A DNA stretch of 64,000 nucleotides from contig CAWGVS010000006.1 in assembly GCA_963826115.1 (NCBI GenBank), forward strand, positions 1-64,000, read 5' to 3'. The stretch comes from an uncultured Candidatus Rokubacteria bacterium. Its GTDB lineage: Bacteria; Methylomirabilota; Methylomirabilia; Rokubacteriales; DASRDR01. Made by a program: the position numbers and the translations under genes. Positions 58,594 through 64,000 of this stretch are shown here, piece after piece (the first letter of the stretch is position 1; each line of letters begins with the position of its first letter). The notes beneath the pieces were generated by a model, which worked only from the letters and a program-made list of their open reading frames with translations, made no database searches and was not told the DNA's origin.

Positions 58594-59808
58594 ATGGGGC
58601 GGATCACCCCGGCGCGGTACGGCTGGGTGATCGTGGCGACGCTCTCCGTCACCGAGACGGTGACGTGGGGCATCGTCTACTACGGATTCCCCGTGTTCCT
58701 GCGGTCGATGGAGCAGGACCTCGGTGCCTCGCGCGTGGCCGTGACCGGCGCGTTCTCCGTCGGGCTCGGCGTGTCGGCCCTGGCGGCCCTGCCGGTCGGA
58801 CGCTGGATCGACCGCCACGGGTCCCGTGGTCTCATGACGGCGGGCTCCTGCCTGGCCACGGTCCTCACCTTCGCGTGGGCCCGGGTCCAGAGCCTGCCCG
58901 CGCTCTACGCCGTCTGGTTCGGCATGGGCGTGGCCATGGCGGCCACGCTCTACGAGCCGGCGTTCGCCACCATCGTGTCGTGGTTCTCGCGGCGACGGGA
59001 CCGGGCGCTCCTCACCGTGACGCTGGTGGCGGGGCTCGCGAGCACGATCTTCATGCCGATCGAGGCCTGGCTCCTCGTCCGGGTCGGCTGGCGGGATGCG
59101 CTCACGATCTTGACGGTCGTCCTCGGCGCGATCACGATCCCGCTCCACGCCGCGCTGCTCCGGCGGGCGCCCGCGAGCGACGCTCGGCCCGCGACGCCCG
59201 GCGTGCCGGTGCCGACGGTCCCGGGCATGACACTGGGCGCGGCCCGACGCACCACGGTCTTCTGGGTGCTGGGCGCCGCGTTCTTCGTGAGCAACTTCGC
59301 GACCGCGGCCCTCAGCACCCACCTGATCCCCTACCTCGTGGGCCGCGGCTACTCCCCGCCGCTCGCGGCCACGGCGATCGGCTGGATGGGCGCGATGCAG
59401 CTGCCCGGGCGGCTCCTGTTCGTGCCGATCTCGGCACGTCTCGGGGCGCGCGTGATGGTGGGGGCGGTGTTCGTCGCCCAGGCTCTGGGAATCGGCCAGC
59501 TCCCACTGCTCGGGCTGATCGGCACGCTTCTGCCGTTCATCTTTCTCCAGGGCGCGGCGAACGGTATGGCAACGCTCGCCCGGGCCACCTCGCTGGCGGA
59601 GTTCTTCGGCACGCGCCACTACGGGGCGATCGCGGGCGCCGTCGCGCTGGGTGCCAACGGCGCCCGGGCGATCGGCCCGGTCGGCGCCTCGCTGCTCTGG
59701 GTCGCGCTCGGCTCCTATCCCGCCGTGTTCTGGCTCCTGGCCGTCTCGCTGATCCTCGCGGGCGCGGCGCTGCTCGCTTTCGGGTCCCGGCCGCCCCAGC
59801 CCGAGTAG
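58594..59808 (+). CDS. MFS transporter (ArsK-like)
   Basis: 'TVTWGIVYYGFPV', 'LYEPAFA', 'TLVAGLASTIF'; downstream of arsR and arsO. Confidence 0.8.
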   Translation: MGRITPARYGWVIVATLSVTETVTWGIVYYGFPVFLRSMEQDLGASRVAVTGAFSVGLGVSALAALPVGRWIDRHGSRGLMTAGSCLATVLTFAWARVQSLPALYAVWFGMGVAMAATLYEPAFATIVSWFSRRRDRALLTVTLVAGLASTIFMPIEAWLLVRVGWRDALTILTVVLGAITIPLHAALLRRAPASDARPATPGVPVPTVPGMTLGAARRTTVFWVLGAAFFVSNFATAALSTHLIPYLVGRGYSPPLAATAIGWMGAMQLPGRLLFVPISARLGARVMVGAVFVAQALGIGQLPLLGLIGTLLPFIFLQGAANGMATLARATSLAEFFGTRHYGAIAGAVALGANGARAIGPVGASLLWVALGSYPAVFWLLAVSLILAGAALLAFGSRPPQPE

Positions 59809-59929
59809 GGGTGCCCGTCGCCGGCGCCTCGCGGGGCCGGGGGTAGTGCGGGATCGGCCGCCAGGGGTACAGTCGTGAGCGGATCGCATCCCGTCCCCGG
59901 CCGCTCACCCGACGCTGCAGGAGAACGCC

Positions 59930-60754
59930 ATGTTCGTGCGCACCCTCGACGACCTGACCGCGGCCGGCATGGTGAAGGCGGTGGGCACGGGTACCCGCTC
60001 CGCGCGCTACCTCACGACGAAAGACGGCATGGGCTTCTCCTACAACGACAACCGGATCGCCGCCGGCAGCGAGATGACGCTCTGGTACAAGCACCACTGG
60101 GAGGCGAACTTCATACTCTCGGGCCGGGGCACGGTGACGGACCTGACGACCGGCCAGTCGTGGATGCTCGAGCGCGGCGTCCTCTACACCGTCGGGCCGA
60201 ACGACCGCCACCGGCTCGTGCTGACGGAGGACACCCACCTGGTCAGCGTGTTCTGCCCGCCGCTCAAGGGGGACGAGCGCCATGACCCGGACGGCGCGTA
60301 CCCGGCGAGCGGGGCATCGCCGCGGACGGACCGGCGGATGTTCGTGAAGCGCGCCGACGAGATGCGCACCGCGGGCCACGAGATGACCGTCGCGAACGGA
60401 CAGGCCCGCACGCTCCGCATGCTGACGAAGGCCGACGACGTCGGGTTCGGCTTCTCGGACGTGCACCTGGCGGCCGGCGCCGACACCACGCTCTGGTACA
60501 AGCACCACTGGGAGGCGAACCACATCATCGCCGGCCGAGGCCGGGTCACGGACCTGACGACCGGGCAGGCCTGGACGCTCGAGTCCGGCGTGAGCTACAA
60601 CGTGGGCCCGAAGGACCGGCACCAGCTGCGCGCCGACACCGAGCTCCACCTGGTCAGCGTGTTCTGCCCGCCGCTCGAGGGGCGGGAGCAGCACGACCGG
60701 GACGGCGCGCTCACGCCGAGCGGCCCCGTGCCGCCGGGGCCGGCCGGGCACTGA
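59930..60754 (+). CDS. Tandem two-domain ectoine synthase-like (EctC) protein
   Basis: Two copies of 'GF(S/G)..', 'LWYKHHWEAN.I..GRG.VTDLTTGQ.W.LE.GV.Y.VGP.DRH.L...HLVSVFCPPL.G.E.HD.DG'. Confidence 0.85.
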   Translation: MFVRTLDDLTAAGMVKAVGTGTRSARYLTTKDGMGFSYNDNRIAAGSEMTLWYKHHWEANFILSGRGTVTDLTTGQSWMLERGVLYTVGPNDRHRLVLTEDTHLVSVFCPPLKGDERHDPDGAYPASGASPRTDRRMFVKRADEMRTAGHEMTVANGQARTLRMLTKADDVGFGFSDVHLAAGADTTLWYKHHWEANHIIAGRGRVTDLTTGQAWTLESGVSYNVGPKDRHQLRADTELHLVSVFCPPLEGREQHDRDGALTPSGPVPPGPAGH

Positions 60755-60786
60755 GGGGTGGGCGCGCCGCGACGGCGGCGCGCGCG

Positions 60787-61215
60787 CTACTTCCGGTTCA
60801 GCGTCGCGGTCCGTGGGGCAGGGCAGCCCGCGAGGCCGACCTCGGTCACCTCGAGGGAGATCGCGTGCTGCTGTCCCTTCCACCGGACGATCTGCGGGGT
60901 GACTCGCGGGTCCTGGGTCCGCGTCTCGAGCACGATCTCGAAGCTCGTGACCTGGCCCGTCACGTCCCAGCTCGCGGTGCCCCACGGGTACGTGGTGGCG
61001 GCGAGGCCCATGATGCGCCCGCCCTCCTCGATCGTCACGTCGAAGTTGAACGGCACGCACGCGTCGATGTCGCCGCTGCTCCGGCCCGCGTAGTAGTCCC
61101 CGCGCCAGAGGCCGATGCAGCCCGTCAGGAGGAGGGCCGCGAACGGGACGACGACCGCTCGCCGCGCCGCCCGGATGCCACGCGTTGCTCGTCCAGTCCC
61201 TTCGTGTCGTCTCAA
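60787..61215 (-). CDS. Hypothetical lipoprotein
   Basis: Lipobox LLTGC. Confidence 0.6.
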   Translation of the reverse strand: MRRHEGTGRATRGIRAARRAVVVPFAALLLTGCIGLWRGDYYAGRSSGDIDACVPFNFDVTIEEGGRIMGLAATTYPWGTASWDVTGQVTSFEIVLETRTQDPRVTPQIVRWKGQQHAISLEVTEVGLAGCPAPRTATLNRK

Positions 61216-61289
61216 GGGTCGCTCCTACTCATTGCCAGGACGGGACGCTTTGGCAGGTGCCCGTCCCCGCCCGGCGGCCGCCGGCCCCA

Positions 61290-62857
61290 TCATACACAGG
61301 CGACCCACGGGAGGCACGGCAGGGCCGGCTCGGGATAGACGCCGTCGATGCCCGGCTGTGGAACGACCCGATTGTACGAGGGCAGGATGGAGTAGGACGC
61401 CGGAGGCGCGACCTGCTTTCGCACCTCGAGCTGGCCGAACTGCGCGACGCTCGTGAACCCCTCGATCTCGGCCGTCGAGACTCGGCACACGATGTGGCTC
61501 GCGTACGCCCGCGGGCCAGGACGGCCATTCCGCCACATGGCGCTCTCGTGCTCGGGAAGGTAGAGGGGGACATCGCGACGCAGGTAGGAATAGCCTCCGG
61601 TGTGCCACCACTCGACGTCCTTCAGCAGCACGCCGGCCAGATCGGCCTGCCGATAGAGGAACAGGAAGGCGCGTATCTCGTCCTGCTGCGCGAAGAGTGG
61701 CTGGTTCGGGTAGAGCGCGCGCTCGAAGGGCAGGCGGTTCATGAACCCGACGAGCGAGATGAGGGCGAGCGCTCCCGCGACCGTCCACGGCAGCAGGGTC
61801 GGGCGCGGGCCGGCCATGCGCGCGGCGACGAGGGTCGTCACCCGGCCATCAGCACCAGGAGCACCGGGATCGCGGCCACGATGAACCGGTACTCCTTGTG
61901 CGGGATCATCGTGTGGACGCCCACGATCGCGAACAGCGTGACCATGAGAATCCAGAGACGCCGGGCGAAACCGAGGCTCGCGAGGGCGGCGAGTGGCAGG
62001 AGGCCCGCCGAGGCGACACCGAGCTTGAGTACGTGCCGATCCGCCGGAGACGTGCCGAACAGGGCCGAGGCGTCGCGGACGACGTTGAACTCGTAAGTGC
62101 TGTAGTGCGAGGCGAACCAGCTTCCCCAGCTCAGCTTGTCGACGTAGCCCGCCAGCAGGCCGACGCCGACGAGGGCGACGGCGCTCCGGACGAGCGCACG
62201 CCCGGACCATCTGCCGATCGCGAGCAGGGCCAGGAACCCCGCGGCCGGCAGGTACTGAACCCGGAGCGCGACCGCTAGGCCCACGCACAGGCCGAAGAGG
62301 ACTGGCCGGCGCCCTCGGCGCGGGTCGGTGACGCTCGCGAGTGCCGCTAGCAGGAAGTACGTCGAGAGCACCTCGGGCATCGGTCGGGGCGCGAAGTAGA
62401 CGAGCTCGTACCAGAAGCAGGCCAGTAGCGCCGCGAGCCGCCCGGCGCTCTCTGAGACGAGATTCCGGCCGATGCGATAGCAGGACACGATCAGCGAGAC
62501 TGAGAGCAGACAGAGAAGGGCCTTCACGAGGAACTGGGAGCTCGCGGGATCGTCCACGCCGACGAGCTTGCAGAGATGGAGCGGCGCCGCGAGGGCCAGC
62601 GGCCGCAGCCAGGATCGGGATCCGAAGCGGAACTCCCATGGAATGAGCCCGTAGCCGAACACGAACCGATGAGCCTGCTCGAGGTACTGGAACACCTCGT
62701 CGGAAAGGTGGATGTTCAGGGCGACGAACGAGAACGTCAGGCGCAACAGCAGACCGGCGAGGACCAGCGCGGGAAGGCCGCGCCAGAGGCGCACGTCCGG
62801 GGAGCCAGCCGGCGGTGCCGCCGCCGCTGCGCCGCCACCCCATCGAGTTCCGATCAC
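61290..62857 (-). CDS. Alg9/PIG-B-like (GT22) membrane mannosyltransferase, frameshift near 61840
   Basis: 'DEVFQYLEQAH..G..PWEF..G.RS', 'PHKEYRFI'; C-terminal part in the adjacent frame. Confidence 0.78.
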
Positions 62858-63012
62858 GCGCCCCCCCCGAGCGAGACGGATACGCTCGGATCACCGGACC
62901 GCGATCCCCATCGATGGCTCCCATAGTAGCCCGAAGCGCCGGCGGAGCACCCCTGGGCCGAGTGCCGGGTCGCGTTTGGAAGGGCCCGGCCCCTCGCGCT
63001 AGACTGCTGGCC

Positions 63013-64000
63013 GTGCCGGGCGAATCTCCCTCTGGGCGCGTGCGGGTGTCGGTGGTCCTCCCGACCTACAACGAGGCGCCGAACCTCCCCGAGCTGGTCC
63101 CGAAGATCGTCGAGACCCTCCAGGGCATTAGGCACGAGGTGATTCTGGTGGACGACGACTCCCCCGACGGGACCTGGCGGGTGGCCGAGAAGCTAGGTGA
63201 TCGCTTCGCGGAGGTCCGGCTCGTCCGACGGATCGGCCGGCGGGGTCTGGCCTCGGCCGTCATCGAGGGTTTCCTGGCCGCCAAGGGTGCGGTGCTCGTC
63301 GCCGCGGACGCCGACGGTCAGCATGACTTCCGGCTCCTCACCGAGCTGCTCTCGGCCGTCGAGGGCGACGCCGCCGACCTGGCGGTCGCCTCACGCTACG
63401 TGCCGGGCGGCAGCGTCGGCGACTGGGACGAGCGGCGTCAGGCGCTGAGCCGATTCGCGACGCGGCTGGCGCAGCGCCTGTGCCGGGTGCCGGTGACCGA
63501 CCCCTTGAGCGGCTTCTTCGCGGTGAGCCGCTCGACGTTCACGGCCGCGCTTCCCCACCTCAACCCTGTCGGCTTCAAGATCCTGCTGGACCTGCTCGTG
63601 CATTTGCCGCCGGGCGCGCGTGTCTGCGAGGTCCCGCTGCGGTTCGGGTCTCGGCGTCACGGGACCAGCAAGCTGTCCCGGCTGGTCCAGCTCCAGTTCC
63701 TGGAGTTCATCTACGACGTCACCCTGGGTCGCCGCGTGCCGCTGACGCTGGTGAAGTACTGCGTCGTGGGGGCGCTCGGTGTCATCGTCAACACCCTCGC
63801 ATTTTTGGCGGTTTCCGCCATGCTCGGTCCGGTGGCGCAGGATACACTGCACGGATTCTCCATCGCGGTGATCGTGGCGACCGAGGCGGCGATCGTCTTC
63901 AATTTCATCCTGAACAACGCCTGGACGTTCTCGCTCGCCCGGCTGTCTGGGGCGCGCGTCGTCGCCGGATTCCTCCTCTACAACGCCGCGTGCGCGCTCG
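63013..64000 (+). CDS. Dolichol/polyprenol-phosphate mannosyltransferase with GtrA-like C-terminus, 3'-truncated
   Basis: Read directly: VSVVLPTYNE, VDDDSPDGT, DADGQH, DPLSGFF, GFKILL, GTSKL, 'KYCVVGALGVIVN', 'NFILNNAWTF'. Confidence 0.88.
   Translation, partial: MPGESPSGRVRVSVVLPTYNEAPNLPELVPKIVETLQGIRHEVILVDDDSPDGTWRVAEKLGDRFAEVRLVRRIGRRGLASAVIEGFLAAKGAVLVAADADGQHDFRLLTELLSAVEGDAADLAVASRYVPGGSVGDWDERRQALSRFATRLAQRLCRVPVTDPLSGFFAVSRSTFTAALPHLNPVGFKILLDLLVHLPPGARVCEVPLRFGSRRHGTSKLSRLVQLQFLEFIYDVTLGRRVPLTLVKYCVVGALGVIVNTLAFLAVSAMLGPVAQDTLHGFSIAVIVATEAAIVFNFILNNAWTFSLARLSGARVVAGFLLYNAACAL

Noticed and set aside
1-62857. Programmed frameshifting or mass pseudogenisation (surface protein, porin, zur, hflK, hflC, GT22)
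   Set aside because: The breaks are scattered single-base indels, often in G/C runs, with otherwise intact domains. Sequencing error is the simpler explanation.

Overview
High-GC bacterial window. The gene repertoire resembles Ca. Rokubacteria/Methylomirabilota, but this is an unverified impression. Many single-base frameshifts in G/C runs suggest long-read errors. Layout: (1) 1-5544, the 3' part of a giant modular surface protein. (2) An intact tRNA-Thr(CGT) at 5892-5967, followed by five further direct copies of its 3' half (31622, 37272, 38607, 47726, 49174). Most copies sit in a conserved attP-like frame of paired 11-bp TTGGTCACCAA-type motifs at fixed spacing. They divide about 43 kb into five tandem cargo units (25.7, 5.7, 1.3, 9.1, 1.4 kb) with no intact integrase, although two units retain the last ~20 codons of a tyrosine-integrase-like gene. 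The copies decay with distance from the tRNA, giving a polarised, integron-like cassette array built on tRNA att sites. (3) The largest unit is a metal-homeostasis island: Fur/Zur with operator, porin plus Zn/Mn ABC system, HflK/C-P1B ATPase, DUF1007-NiCoT and two metzincin lipoproteins. Four paralogous ~100-aa exported leader ORFs (HxH...[YF][DN]xxCPL...PR[AGS]PP) each head one of its metal operons and are candidate metal-sensing ribosome-arrest peptides. (4) Beyond the array: glycosyltransferases, a GMC oxidoreductase pair, an arsenic-resistance cluster with an ArsC-ArsN fusion, and an orphan double-domain ectoine synthase.
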